A DNA stretch of 63,877 nt, counting the filler, from Octopus bimaculoides (lineage: Eukaryota): NCBI RefSeq assembly GCF_001194135.2. It is 9 parts of 9 records of this genome, joined end to end, with 100 filler letters (N's around TTAATTAATTAA, not from the genome) between each part and the next. Parts side by side here need not be neighbours in the genome. Positions count along the whole stretch, not along the records: positions 38,383 to 55,265 come from NC_068999.1; positions 55,366 to 57,182 come from NC_068994.1; positions 57,283 to 59,059 come from NC_068995.1; positions 59,160 to 62,333 come from NC_069009.1; positions 62,434 to 63,877 come from NW_026406807.1; 4 more parts are not named here. The stretch is one strand, 5' to 3'. The notes under the pieces are model-generated. The model saw nothing but the letters and a program-made list of their open reading frames with translations, had not been told where the DNA came from and made no database searches. Positions 52,911 to 63,877 of the stretch are shown here, one piece after another. A program made the position numbers and the translations under genes. How positions within the stretch are numbered: the stretch's first letter is position 1; every line of letters starts with the position of its first letter.

Positions 52911-53111
52911 GGTGCAGGCGTGACTGTATCGTAAGAACCTTTGCTTCCCGACCATATGGATGTGGGTTCAGCCCCACTGCGTGGTACCTTGGGCAATTGT
53001 CTTCTACTATAGCCTCGGACTGACCAGAGGCTTGTAAATGGATTTGTTAGACGCAAACTGAAAGAAGCCCGTCCTGTGTGTGTATGTGTGTGTGTGTGTG
53101 TGTGTGCGGCG

Positions 53112-53191
<80 letters not shown>

Positions 53192-53408
53192 GCAGTCTGT
53201 GTTTGTTCCCCGACATCGCCTGACAACTGGTGTCGGTGCGTTTATGTCCCCGTAATCTAACGTTTCAGCAAAAGGAGCCGTTAGAACAAGTATCAGGCTT
53301 TAGAAAATAAATACTGAAGTCGATTCATTCGACTAAAATTCTTGAAGGTGGAGCACCAGCATGGCCGCAATCTAATGACTGAAATATGTAAAAGATAATA
53401 GATAAAAG
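52911..53408 (+). mobile_element. Full-length SINE family B with long internal (TG)n
   Basis: ggtgcaggcgtgactg...ccttgggcaattgtcttctactatagcctcgg...ccagcatggccgca. Confidence 0.88.
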
Positions 53409-53976
53409 TAAGCCACCAGATAGTGAAGAGAGCAGCTACCCGTTCGGTAGAGTCAGAACGCATTATAATGCAGGCCACCTTCCAATATGATGTGTCAGCA
53501 AAATGCCTCCCTTTCAACCTTGACCTTGACTAACTCCTGCCATAACCCACCTGTGAAGAGATCACGTAGGTGCCCTCATTATGTCGGACGTGATTCCTCA
53601 ACTGTCAATAAATACCTGATCTGACTTTATCATATCGTCCACATGTCATATATTGTTGCCTGGTACCCACAACCAATTCTTCTTCAACCATAACAATTCT
53701 TGATTCGGATTCTCTCGTATCCATCATTTTAGTACGATAGAGTTCCTTTGTAGAACAACATACGGCTGGTAATCTGTTGGGTAGTTGTCTCTTTCTGAGA
53801 CATTCTTATCTCCCTTGTTTGGGTTCGCCTTTTCCGCACATCTTTCTTTCCTTATTAATTTTCCCCTCCTCCTCTTTTCAAGTGTTTATCTCTTAACCAT
53901 CTCTACAACACGATGGAATGATACAACTATTGTCAGCCTATAACGAGTTCTATATGTATGTGTGTGTACGTGCGCG

Positions 53977-54035
<59 letters not shown>

Positions 54036-54463
54036 ATATATATATATATATATATATACAAGAGCATTGAGCAAGTTATCTCCATCTTCATTGTCCAAAC
54101 GAGTGTAATATGTATTTCATTTCACGACATTTTTCTAAGACATCCATTAATAAGTTATCGCTGTAAAATCTAATTCTATTTCCGTTAGAAATTGTCTTGT
54201 GATTATTATTATTTCTGATGATGTCATTTCTATGTCATTGAAACACCTCTTTCCTTTTAATACCAATTCTTTTGTGAAGTTATCAAAGAGACAGATAATC
54301 GGTAACATAAAACAAATTGCATGCTTTTAAGTCTTAAAATTTCCCCTCAAACTCTTCTCAATCATTTCCATTTGCCATTTTAGACTCGTGCAATTTACCA
54401 CCTCGATATAATTACTTAATGGAAATTTGTATAAAAGTGTACGAGAAAGCGTGTTTTATGTGT

Positions 54464-54511
<48 letters not shown>

Positions 54512-55400
54512 TCTTATAACACACCGTTATCACTCGGCACGAAGTTTTCATTGAAAATTATGTTTATACATAAATGCAGCTTGTACAGAAGCTTTGTGAA
54601 AGATATAGACATTTTATATTGGCTCGATAAAGCATTCCAGTATAAAACTCTTCTTTTTAATAGTGAGGTCAATGAACACGTGAATATGAAGGAAGTTAAT
54701 GTTTGTCTATACTCATATCCGCACATACACACCGAATAAAAAACAGACGCCAATACGTATACACATTCACATATATATATATATAACTCAGTGCTTCAGT
54801 TAATAATTTTTTTTTTTAATGAATAGAAAATTTACGAAAGTGGCTCAGATTTCGAAAGTTTTATACAGTGACACGAAATTGGTATGTGGTTGATAACTGT
54901 TATGAATGTCTCTCGAATCTTGAGTAACTTTTGTAATTTGTTGCAGTTAAAATGCGTCGTGGCTATGTGGTTACATACGTACGTACACGCATCCATGCAA
55001 ACATACATGCATACATACATACATACATACATACATACATGCATGCATACATACATACATACATACATGCATACATACATACATACATACATACATACAT
55101 ACATACATACATACATACATACATACATACATACATACGTAATATCTTAACAATTTTCTATTCTTGTAGCGATATACACTTTCAAATAAAGATGTCAATA
55201 TTTCATATATTAAGTTACAGTCCAAAATCACTTCAAATAAATGTAGTGAGAAGGAAACGATGGGTNNNNNNNNNNNNNNNNNNNNNNNNNNNNNNNNNNN
55301 NNNNNNNNNTTAATTAATTAANNNNNNNNNNNNNNNNNNNNNNNNNNNNNNNNNNNNNNNNNNNNGATGAAAGGCAAAGTCGATATCGGCAGAATAAATG

Positions 55401-55445
<45 letters not shown>

Positions 55446-56171
55446 GTAGTAGTAATAATAATAATGATGATGATAATAATGATAATAATGATGATTTCTT
55501 TTAAACAAGAAGATGGGAGTAGACAGACAGATATTGCAAGAGATTGTTTGGTGATCTTTAAGGTGACATTTAGAAAATAGTTTTCAGACAGCAGGACAAG
55601 TTACAAGAAAATACCAAAAACAAAGCAAAACAAACAAAAAAAAATAGAAAACTAAAAAGAAAACACCAGAATATAAAACAAAAAAATCTCCACACAAGAG
55701 AAATAACAACAGCAACAACAACAACAATGATCATAATAATAATAATAATAATAAGATAAAGTCATCATATGTTTTAATTTGTTTTACTTTTTTTTTGTTA
55801 ATGTTTATTGTTGAGGATGTTGAAGTGTGGGGGGGGGGAGATAGATTGGCAGAATCTATAGCGTCAGACAATCAGATGATATAGCTGGAGGGCTATGGAT
55901 TAGCAGAAGTGGTAGAGAGTTGGGCAATATAATCCAAGAGGGGAGTGTCAGAACTGGTAAGGGTGTCGGAAAAAAAAATTCTTTGAGTGGTTAGATTAGC
56001 AAAGCTTTAGTCGATGTTTTTCTATTGCGGGGTGGTAGTAGTTCAAACCAGCCGGGTGTCAAATTTGTCTTACACCCTTGAAATCTTTGATAGGCCGACA
56101 AAGGGGTCAGTGTAATCTCATGAACTTGTTTCCCTAAATTTTGTTGCCTTACACCACAGTTAGAAACCAGT

Positions 56172-56395
56172 GAAGGCATGATGCTATGTGGTTAGAGTAT
56201 CCAGCTTATGATCATAAGGTCATGAGTTCGATTCTTGGCCGCGTGTTCTGTCCTTGAGCAAGACACTTTATTTCACATTGCTCCAGTCAATTCAGCTGGC
56301 AAAAGTGGGTTGCACCTCTATTATAAAGGACCACTCTTGTCACATTCCATGTCATGCAGAAGCTCCCTGAGAACCACATTAATGGTATATTTTTT
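56172..56395 (+). mobile_element. SINE with family C head/core and family E-like downstream body
   Basis: gtggttagag...gagttcgattc...ccttgagcaagacactttatttcac, then gaagctccctgagaaccacattaatggta. Confidence 0.7.
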
Positions 56396-56441
56396 AACCT
56401 AATTTTTGACAAAAAAGGGTTCCTTATACACGTTAACATAT

Positions 56442-56477
<36 letters not shown>

Positions 56478-56703
56478 CAGTAATCCCTCACCATATCGTG
56501 GTTCATCTATTGCGATTGACCTATCGTAGTTTATTATTTGAGCTTACCTCGATTCTTCCGTGGTGTTGTTTTGCATTTATAATGAAATAAATATATACAA
56601 ATTATAATTAAAAAAATTTACAGCACAGTACTGTTTCAGTGTGGACTCTCACCTACCGCAGGGGTTTTGGAACATAACACCTAATATAGTTGAGCAGTTA
56701 CTG
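56478..56703. mobile_element. Tigger/pogo-like MITE with TA TSD
   Basis: TA-CAGTAATCCCTCA...TGAGCAGTTACTG-TA. Confidence 0.7.
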
Positions 56704-56838
56704 TATATATATATCTATATATGAGTGTATATATATATATATTTACTGGGGAAGGGTGGTAACATACACTGTTCTACTTCTTAGTGTCTGCTTCTTCTCT
56801 GGATTTATGTTTTTTGAAAACGTTATATATATATATAT

Positions 56839-57182
56839 GTAGTATCGCCGGTGATGTGGCCAATCTTTTCATGGTATGGTGGGACAGAAGGCTTAAGGAA
56901 CGCCTGACACAGAACTCCATACTCATGAATGTGTACTCTCGATATGTCGATGATATCAACTTAGTGGTAAAGACACCCCCACAAGAGAGTACCCCTGAAA
57001 TAGAAATAGAAACTAAGACTATGGAGAGCATCCAGCAAATAGCTAACTCCATCCACCAGAGTATTAGAGTTACGATAGACTACCCTACTAAACACCCTAA
57101 CCATAGATTACCTGTATTAGATACTGAACTCTGGCTAGAAACTAAGAACAATAAAACCAGAATCCTCCATTCACACTATACA
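56839..57182 (+). pseudogene. Penelope-like RT fragment of the same family as 31.1-33.4 kb, 5'-truncated at (TA)n, running into a gap
   Basis: Open frame AGDVANLFMVWWDR...SRYVDDINLVVK...MESIQQIANSIHQSI...RLPVLDTELW. Confidence 0.88.
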
Positions 57183-57282
57183 NNNNNNNNNNNNNNNNNN
57201 NNNNNNNNNNNNNNNNNNNNNNNNNNTTAATTAATTAANNNNNNNNNNNNNNNNNNNNNNNNNNNNNNNNNNNNNNNNNNNN

Positions 57283-57510
57283 AATGCCTCAATGAGCTTA
57301 TCATCAAACTCAAATGGACGTCCTGTTCGATCTTCATCTTCAAGGCTGAAATCTCCACTTCTGAATTCTGCAAACCGTCTTCTGCAAGTTCTTTCACTCA
57401 AGCATTCTTTCCTATAAACTGAGAGTATGTTTCGAGTCGCTTCAGCTGCAGCGTTTCCTTTTTTGTACTCTTAAAGCATTATGTGCCTCATATGCTCTTT
57501 GGATACTTCT
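57283..57510 (-). pseudogene. mariner transposase N-terminal HTH fragment
   Basis: HMRHIML*EYKKGNAAAEATRNI...ERTCRRRFAEFRSGDFSLEDEDRTGRPFEFD. Confidence 0.85.
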
Positions 57511-58314
57511 ACGTTAGAAAGGGTTTCAATCAAAGAAATTTTAATTCTATTATTCTGTAAAATAATATTTAATTAGTATAAATGTACACAAATGCATAAA
57601 AATAATTTTTAATTCCATTAGACATTCTAAAATACTATTAAATTTTATAAACCTAAATATATCTCAAGTCGAAAGGTATTTGATGGTTAAGTAAAAACTA
57701 AATTTGTATTTGAAAATTCATATACCTCCTTATTTAGTCATTTCTCAACGTACATACAAATTCAGCTTCACCAGTAATAAAATTCGTTTAAAGAGTTTTA
57801 AGTAGACACACATATTGGATTTCATAGAGAGAATGTCAGTTTTTAATATTACATATATTAGCACCCACTTGATATATATTTTTTCAGTCTTGGTTCAATT
57901 AGACATGACTGCACGAACGAATACAATAATCCTCAAATGATAACTAAGCGAAAATCTATGCACTTTTAACGTCTTTTTTTAGTCTTTATATCAGCTACTG
58001 ACGAGTATAAATATGACTTTTACGATTTTCTGATTATGAATATCTGAGTCTTTTTGTATGAAACAAATTGTTTAGTAACATGAAAAATAAAAAAACTATA
58101 ACTCACTTTAACATCTTATCTCCTCCATTACATAAATATGAATGAATTTGTTGAACTGTGTGTAATAATTTAAATCATATACTGATTATTTCTACACAAG
58201 TTTTCATACCTATACGAATGTATATAAGTAAATTCAATGGTAAATTATGAAGAAAAGTTATTAGAAATTTTTGGAAATAATTCCAGTTAAAGGATGAACT
58301 TACATTTATCCGAT

Positions 58315-58352
<38 letters not shown>

Positions 58353-58489
58353 CATACATATATATAGAGAGAGAGAGACAGACAGACAGAAAGGAAGAGA
58401 GAAAGACTCAACGCAGCTTAGGCAGTATTTAATTAAAATAGCCAGCTAGTCATCTATCATACGTAATGAGTCATCTATCATGCGTCCGG

Positions 58490-58624
58490 GATAAAATCTA
58501 CTATATACGTGCTGTGTTAAGAAACAATACATATTGAATGGGGGGGGGACTAAAACCCATTTCTCCTTTAAATATTTTCTTGATTTTAATTTTTAACACG
58601 GCACGTAAATTAGAGATTTTTATC
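58490..58624. mobile_element. Small foldback/MITE
   Basis: gataaaatct..tacgtgctgtgttaa versus ttaacacggcacgta..agattttatc. Confidence 0.55.
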
Positions 58625-58755
58625 GCGAAAGAAAAATGCAATATCTTACATGACAAAGTTATTTATGCGTTAAGTATGATATATAGATGCGTGTCCTTAT
58701 GTATCACTATCTAACTGTCTATCTAACTTTTATCCATTGATTTTATCTATCTATT

Positions 58756-58806
<51 letters not shown>

Positions 58807-58829
58807 TTCCTTCTTTGTAAAAAAAACAA

Positions 58830-59058
58830 AAAAAACACAAAAGAAGAAGACAGGTGGTGTAGAAAACAAATAGATGTATTAGTATAACGCTCGGGAATTA
58901 AAAAAGTCATTAACGTTTCGAGCCTACGCTCTTCCACAGAAAGTAACACAGAAAGAAACAAGCAGAGAAGAAAAAATGTTTGTATTTGTAATTGTGCAAA
59001 ATGTTCTCCGATTTTTGTCTTTGTTGTTGTACACATTCGCTTGCTTTCTTGCAAAATA
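58830..59058 (-). mobile_element. PLE-like terminus with variant hammerhead core at 58912-58939
   Basis: Minus strand CTGTGGA-A-GAGC-gtag-GCTC-GAAA-CGT-T-aat. Confidence 0.45.
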
Positions 59059-59158
59059 TNNNNNNNNNNNNNNNNNNNNNNNNNNNNNNNNNNNNNNNNN
59101 NNNTTAATTAATTAANNNNNNNNNNNNNNNNNNNNNNNNNNNNNNNNNNNNNNNNNNN

Positions 59159-59345
59159 NATATATATATGATAATAATATTAGGGATAAAATCCAAACTT
59201 ACAGGTAAAAACTCAATTAAAATCAATTTATTAAAAATTAAAATTAGATTAAGTTTCACAGCATAAAATATATATAAATATATAGTTTTAGGGAAAAGAA
59301 CCAAGGTTCATGAACTCATCGATGAAAATCCACTGTCACATATAC
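59159..59345 (-). mobile_element. (TA)n-abutting repeat; its last 64 bp recur inverted at 59752-59815
   Basis: tatagttttagggaaaagaaccaaggttcatgaactcatcgatgaaaatc[c/t]actgtcacatata, one mismatch. Confidence 0.8.
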
Positions 59346-59655
59346 TCTTTACTCTTTACTCTTTTACTTGTTTCAGTCATTTGACTGCGGCCATGCTGGA
59401 GCACTGCCTTTAGTCGAGCAAATCGACCCCCAGAACTTATTCTTTGTAAGCCTAGTACTTATTCTATCAGTCTCTTTTTGCCAAACCGTTAAGTTACAGG
59501 GACGTGAACGCACAAGCATCGGTTGTCAAGCGATGGTGAGGGGACAAACACAGACACGCAAACACACATGCATATATATACATATACATATATACGACGG
59601 GCTTCTTTCAGTTTCCGTCTACCAAATCCACTCACAAGGCTTTGGTCGGCCTGAG
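59345..59655 (-). mobile_element. Young SINE family B, head truncated
   Basis: ctcttttacttgtttcagtcatttgactgcggccatgctggagcac...cagtttccgtctaccaaatccactcacaaggctttggtcggcc. Confidence 0.9.
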
Positions 59656-59844
59656 GTTGGTAAGCAAGCTACTTACCACACAATAAATAAGTATAATATA
59701 ATACAAAGTATATATGATAAGATAAAGATAATAAAACATTATTAATTTTTCTATATGTGACAGTAGATTTTCATCGATGAGTTCATGAACCTTGGTTCTT
59801 TTCCCTAAAACTATATATATATATATATATATACACATATGTAT

Positions 59845-60085
59845 GTATATATTAATGTGTGTGTGTATTTGTGTCTGTGTTTGTCCTCTCACTGTCACTA
59901 GACAACCGATGTTGGTGTGTTTATGTCCCTGTAACTTAGTGGTTTGGGGAAAAGAGACTGATAGGAATAAGTACCAGGCTTACAAAGAATAAGTCCTGGG
60001 GTCAATTTGTTTGACTAAAAGGTAGTGCTCCAGCATGGCCACAATCAAATGACTGAAACAAGTAAAATAATAAAAGAATAAAGGA
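59845..60085 (+). mobile_element. SINE family B 3' half
   Basis: Matches the family B tail. Confidence 0.88.
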
Positions 60086-60090
60086 ATATA

Positions 60091-60495
60091 CATGAGGGGA
60101 GTGCTGAAAAGTTGCTGGCTTTGGGTAAAAGAAAATACAGGAGGATCAGTTAATTATGATTTTATTCAACATATTCCCCTCTCAGATTCACACACTTATT
60201 GCAGCAGTCCTTCCTCATCATCATCTTCGTCGTCGTCGTCATCGTTGTCGTTTAACGTCTGCTTTCCATGCTGGCATGGGTTGGATGGTTTGACTCAGAG
60301 CTGGCAAGCCAGAAGGCTGCACCAGGCTCCAATCTGATCTGGCAAAGTTTCTACAGCTGGATGCCCTTCCTAACACTTACTACTCCAAGAGTGTAGTGGG
60401 TGCTTTTTACGTGCCACCTTCAGTTTTTCTAATCCATGTAAAAGAACTCAGAAGGTTGGGCCCTAAAGCCAGGAACTTTTTTAGCACCCCTCATA
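60091..60495. mobile_element. Non-autonomous mariner-type element (TIRs, TA TSD) interrupted by a SINE D tail (60207-60420, - strand)
   Basis: catgaggggagtgctgaaaagttgctggcttt versus aaagccaggaacttttttagcacccctcata. Confidence 0.8.
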
Positions 60496-60774
60496 TATAT
60501 ATATATATATATGCATGTGTGTATGTGTGTATGTACGTATGTGTGTGTTTGTGTGTGAGTGTTAATGTCTGTGTGTGTACAGGAAGTACAGATCCTGTTG
60601 GTTGATAAGTACTTTGGAAGAGAGAATGAGAGACAAAGAGAGAGAGAAGAATCAATGAATTGCATGATTGACTTTGGTAGGATGAGATCTTAGAATACAG
60701 AAACCCTCAAAAAATACCATCCTTTTCTATATCATGATGCCTTTGATTGTTCACCGTTTATTTGTTTGTTCATT

Positions 60775-60779
<5 letters not shown>

Positions 60780-60806
<27 letters not shown>

Positions 60807-61076
60807 TGTCCTAATTCAGTTTTATTTCAAGATCTTTTGCCAATAGAGAAAGAGCTGGTTTCTAACCTTAATCCAAGTCTCCATTGAAATTTCAACAACA
60901 TCAACAGGGTACTTTTGCATGTATGTGTGTATATGTGCAGTATTTGGAGTCATTGCATGTGCACATTTGTATGTTTTGTTTTACATATGCATTCTTAATC
61001 ATTTAGTTGCATGTCTAGACATGTGCACATATAATGATAAAATTTTTACAGACTTTTGCAGTTCCAGTGATATTGG

Positions 61077-61107
<31 letters not shown>

Positions 61108-61430
61108 TGTATGAATGTATGTATGTATGTATGTATGTATGTATGTATGTATGAATGTATGAATGTATGTATGTATGTATGTATGTATGAATGTATGTAT
61201 GTATGTATGTATGTATGTATGTCATTATTCGGTTCTATTTCAACATCTTTTGCCAATAAAGAAAGAACTGGTATCTAACTGAGATCCAAGTCTCCTTCAT
61301 TGGAATTTCAACAACACCAGCAGGGTATTGTTTGCATGTATGCATGCATATGTGCAGTATTTGGAGCTGTTCCATGTGGAGATTTGTATGTTTTGTTTTA
61401 GGAATGTATTCTCAGTAATATAGTTGCATT
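60780..61430 (+). repeat. Diverged tandem dimer (~420-bp period), each unit preceded by (TATG)n
   Basis: atcttttgccaata.agaaaga.ctggt.tctaac...tccaagtctcc...gtgcagtatttggag occurs at ~60830 and ~61245. Confidence 0.85.
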
Positions 61431-61754
61431 GCCACTGGAACTTACTATGGCAACTGAGAAAGTGCAATTTTCTAAAGTTAAAAGTTATTTATTATAATAA
61501 TATAAATATTTAAAAAATATTTTAAAAAACAAAATGACATGAAACTTTAGGGATTTTCCATGTTGCGTTTCATCCTTTCATTCCATTCGCTTTCATTCTT
61601 CACAACTTTTCCTGTAACAAGTGTTTGAAAAGCTGTAAATAGTGAAAGCATTTAACTATACAAAAAATTCCTTTTCATTTAAGAAAATCTGTCTTTAAAT
61701 ACTGTGACTACCTCAAGAGTACTTTGCAAAAACCCCACATTGGCAGAGATCAGA

Positions 61755-62125
61755 TGCATTCTTGTCTGCCTCCTGTCAAAGCTTGTTCTTCCAGCGTTCA
61801 CCACCTCACCTTGTTAAGGCCTAGCAGCCCTTTCTGTTTGTTTTCACTGTCTTGTTTCTGTTACCAACTTTGAGCCTCTGCAAAATCCCAAATTTTATTT
61901 AATTTGCTTCGTGGGAGCAACTGCTTTGCCGAAGGCATATCTTGTACTGAATTGCTCGAAATACTGAGTAGAAAAACAGCTGACAACTGATGAAGGGTCG
62001 TTCTTTATGTTACTTGTCTTGTTTTCCATTTGTTTCTTTTGTTGTTCACAAAAAAGTTTGTATTCCATGTTTCCGTATTTCATATTTCATGTTGTTTACA
62101 TTCTATGACGTCCTGTACCCATATA
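61755..62125 (+). mobile_element. Second copy of the dispersed repeat at 16565-16929
   Basis: Direct alignment; has one copy of the 32-bp unit that is triplicated at 16.65-16.74 kb. Confidence 0.75.
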
Positions 62126-62433
62126 TGCATATGTATATGCATATATATGTAAGTATGTACATATATGTATGTATATATGCATTTTTAAAATTTTTATTTA
62201 TGTGTTTCAGCCAAGTGGCTGCGGTCATGCTGGTGCACCACCGTGATTTTCACGTTCCTTGCATGGCTCTTCTCCCCCACCCGACATGGTCCAATCAAGA
62301 GTTTTGATGGCACATCTGGTGTATAAGAGAATTNNNNNNNNNNNNNNNNNNNNNNNNNNNNNNNNNNNNNNNNNNNNTTAATTAATTAANNNNNNNNNNN
62401 NNNNNNNNNNNNNNNNNNNNNNNNNNNNNNNNN

Positions 62434-63060
62434 ACTTGTGCCTGGAGCCAGGCCACGTTAAAAATAACTGCCCCCAGGACCATGGTACGGTCCTGGAACA
62501 GTCACTGGAAGCCACTTCCCCTACCCGATCAAAGGGAGAGGTGGATGTGGTTGAGGAGGCTTCAGCATCCTCAACCCAAAAACGATTAAAAAGGAAGAAA
62601 GCGGGAAACAATAGTTGCCCGTCGAAGGACCCTAATGCTTCAGGAGGCGGGGGAGAGACTTCGGACAAAGCGAAAGAGTTCCAATCTCCCGAAGTCAGGA
62701 AGAAAAGGAAAAAAAGAAAGAAGAACGGGTCATTGCAGATGGATGATGATGTGCCGTCTGCATGTTCCGAAGTTGTGCCACCCACGGTGGAAGAAACGAC
62801 TCCCACCCCTGAAGATGAATAATTACTTATCTTTTTCTACAAGGGCGAGGAGGTGGAAAAAATAGTAGAACATAAAGAGATAGTAGATATGGCCTGCACA
62901 CGAGATCCCGAATGACCTCCGCTGGAGGTCATAAGGCTTTCCGTGTGGGAAAAGCTTAAAAGACTTAAAGAGGAACGTCGCATATGGCCGGTTGTGCCTA
63001 ACATGACATGTACCTCGTACATGAATGGGGCATTGGAAATGGCGGGGTACGGGAACTCAA
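62434..63060 (+). pseudogene. Retroelement ORF1/gag-like C-terminal fragment (CCHC zinc knuckle)
   Basis: CLEPGHVKNNCP right after the gap, then a basic/low-complexity tail; L1/Tx1-type assignment is inferred. Confidence 0.55.
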
Positions 63061-63084
63061 GCGGCACTAATGATAGATATATTG

Positions 63085-63770
63085 ATGGATCACACTTTTT
63101 CTCTAATATCATCAGAAACCCTGAAAATACTCCAAGCTGGTTAACATTAGGGATAACATACCTACTCCCTAAAACGAGCGACACAAGAAGCCCAAAAAAC
63201 TACAGGCTGATCACTTGCTTGACCACCATGTACAAAACATCCATTCTCACCGAAAGAATGTACCAATTTCTCAATGAAAACAACACGCTTACCCATGAAC
63301 AAAACGGTGTGCAAAAGAAATTCATGCGGCTTAAACACCAGGAATTAATAAACCTTATGATACTCGAAAATTGCTCATCCATAAAACAAACCTTAGTATA
63401 ACATGGATTGACTATCGTAAGGCATTTGACAGTGCCCCACATAGCTGGATCTTAAAGACACTAAAAATATACAAGATCTCTACTTTCGTAAAAGGTTTTC
63501 AACACAGTATGGGATTGTAGAACACAAAATTGTATCTCAACCACGAGAAAAGCTTGTATGTATCAGAGAACATGATAATTGACTGTGGAATATTCCAGGG
63601 TGATTCACTCTCCCCTCTTCTCTTCTGTCTTTCTCTCATTCCCTTGTCCCGTGAGCTGAATAGAACAAATCATTGTTACGAAGTGTTTGACAAGATCATC
63701 TCACACTTGCTCCACATAGATGATCTGAAATTATATGTAAAAACAAGAATAACTGCAACAGTATAATCTT
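63085..63770 (+). pseudogene. R4/Dong-clade RT internal fragment
   Basis: PSWLTLGITYLLPK..KNYRLITCL, WIDYRKAFDSVPHSW, GIFQGDSLSPLLFCL, HIDDLKLY; frameshifts. Confidence 0.88.
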
Positions 63771-63818
63771 CAACGTCATCAATAACAACAATAACAGTGG
63801 TAATATTGTACTGTTCGA

Positions 63819-63877
63819 GGCGACGATCTGGCAGAAACGTTAGCACACCGGGTGAAGTGCTTAGCGGTATTTCGTCT
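63819..63877 (+). mobile_element. SINE family A head, runs off the window
   Basis: tggcagaaacgttagcacaccgggtgaagtgcttagcggtatttcgtct. Confidence 0.85.

Noticed and set aside
53420-53940. Possible decayed LINE 3' fragment on the minus strand
   Set aside because: No diagnostic motif recovered by manual translation
18384-62389. Identical TTAATTAATTAA islands inside N-runs (18384, 26016, 33456, 38327, 55310, 57227, 59104, 62378)
   Set aside because: Each sits in the middle of a ~100-bp gap and gives stops in all six frames; this is an artificial scaffolding linker, not biology

Overview
AT-rich, repeat-saturated animal genomic DNA from a gappy draft assembly. The SINE families, microsatellite load and gap style suggest Octopus, probably O. 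bimaculoides (inference from recalled repeat families, not a database result). No intact host protein-coding gene is supportable. Most listed ORFs are microsatellite or N-gap artefacts. The window holds dozens of tRNA-derived SINEs of several families, a decayed Penelope-like retroelement (PLE; RT + GIY-YIG, ~31.1-33.4 kb) plus a second PLE fragment, two R4/Dong-type LINE remnants, Tc1, mariner and rosa-like transposase relics, several MITEs/foldbacks and a probable solo LTR. The most interesting signal is a set of minimal type I hammerhead ribozyme (HHR) motifs with palindromic helix III. Two of them lie 433 nt apart as a direct repeat (33.98-34.49 kb) and look like a non-LTR retrozyme or tandem PLE terminal repeat that could release a ~433-nt self-cleaved, potentially circular RNA. 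About seven more degenerate HHRs from other families are scattered across the window. A ~6 kb CpG-depleted domain (19.7-25.6 kb) and a CpG-containing island at 0.4-1.0 kb hint at host genes whose exons could not be identified.
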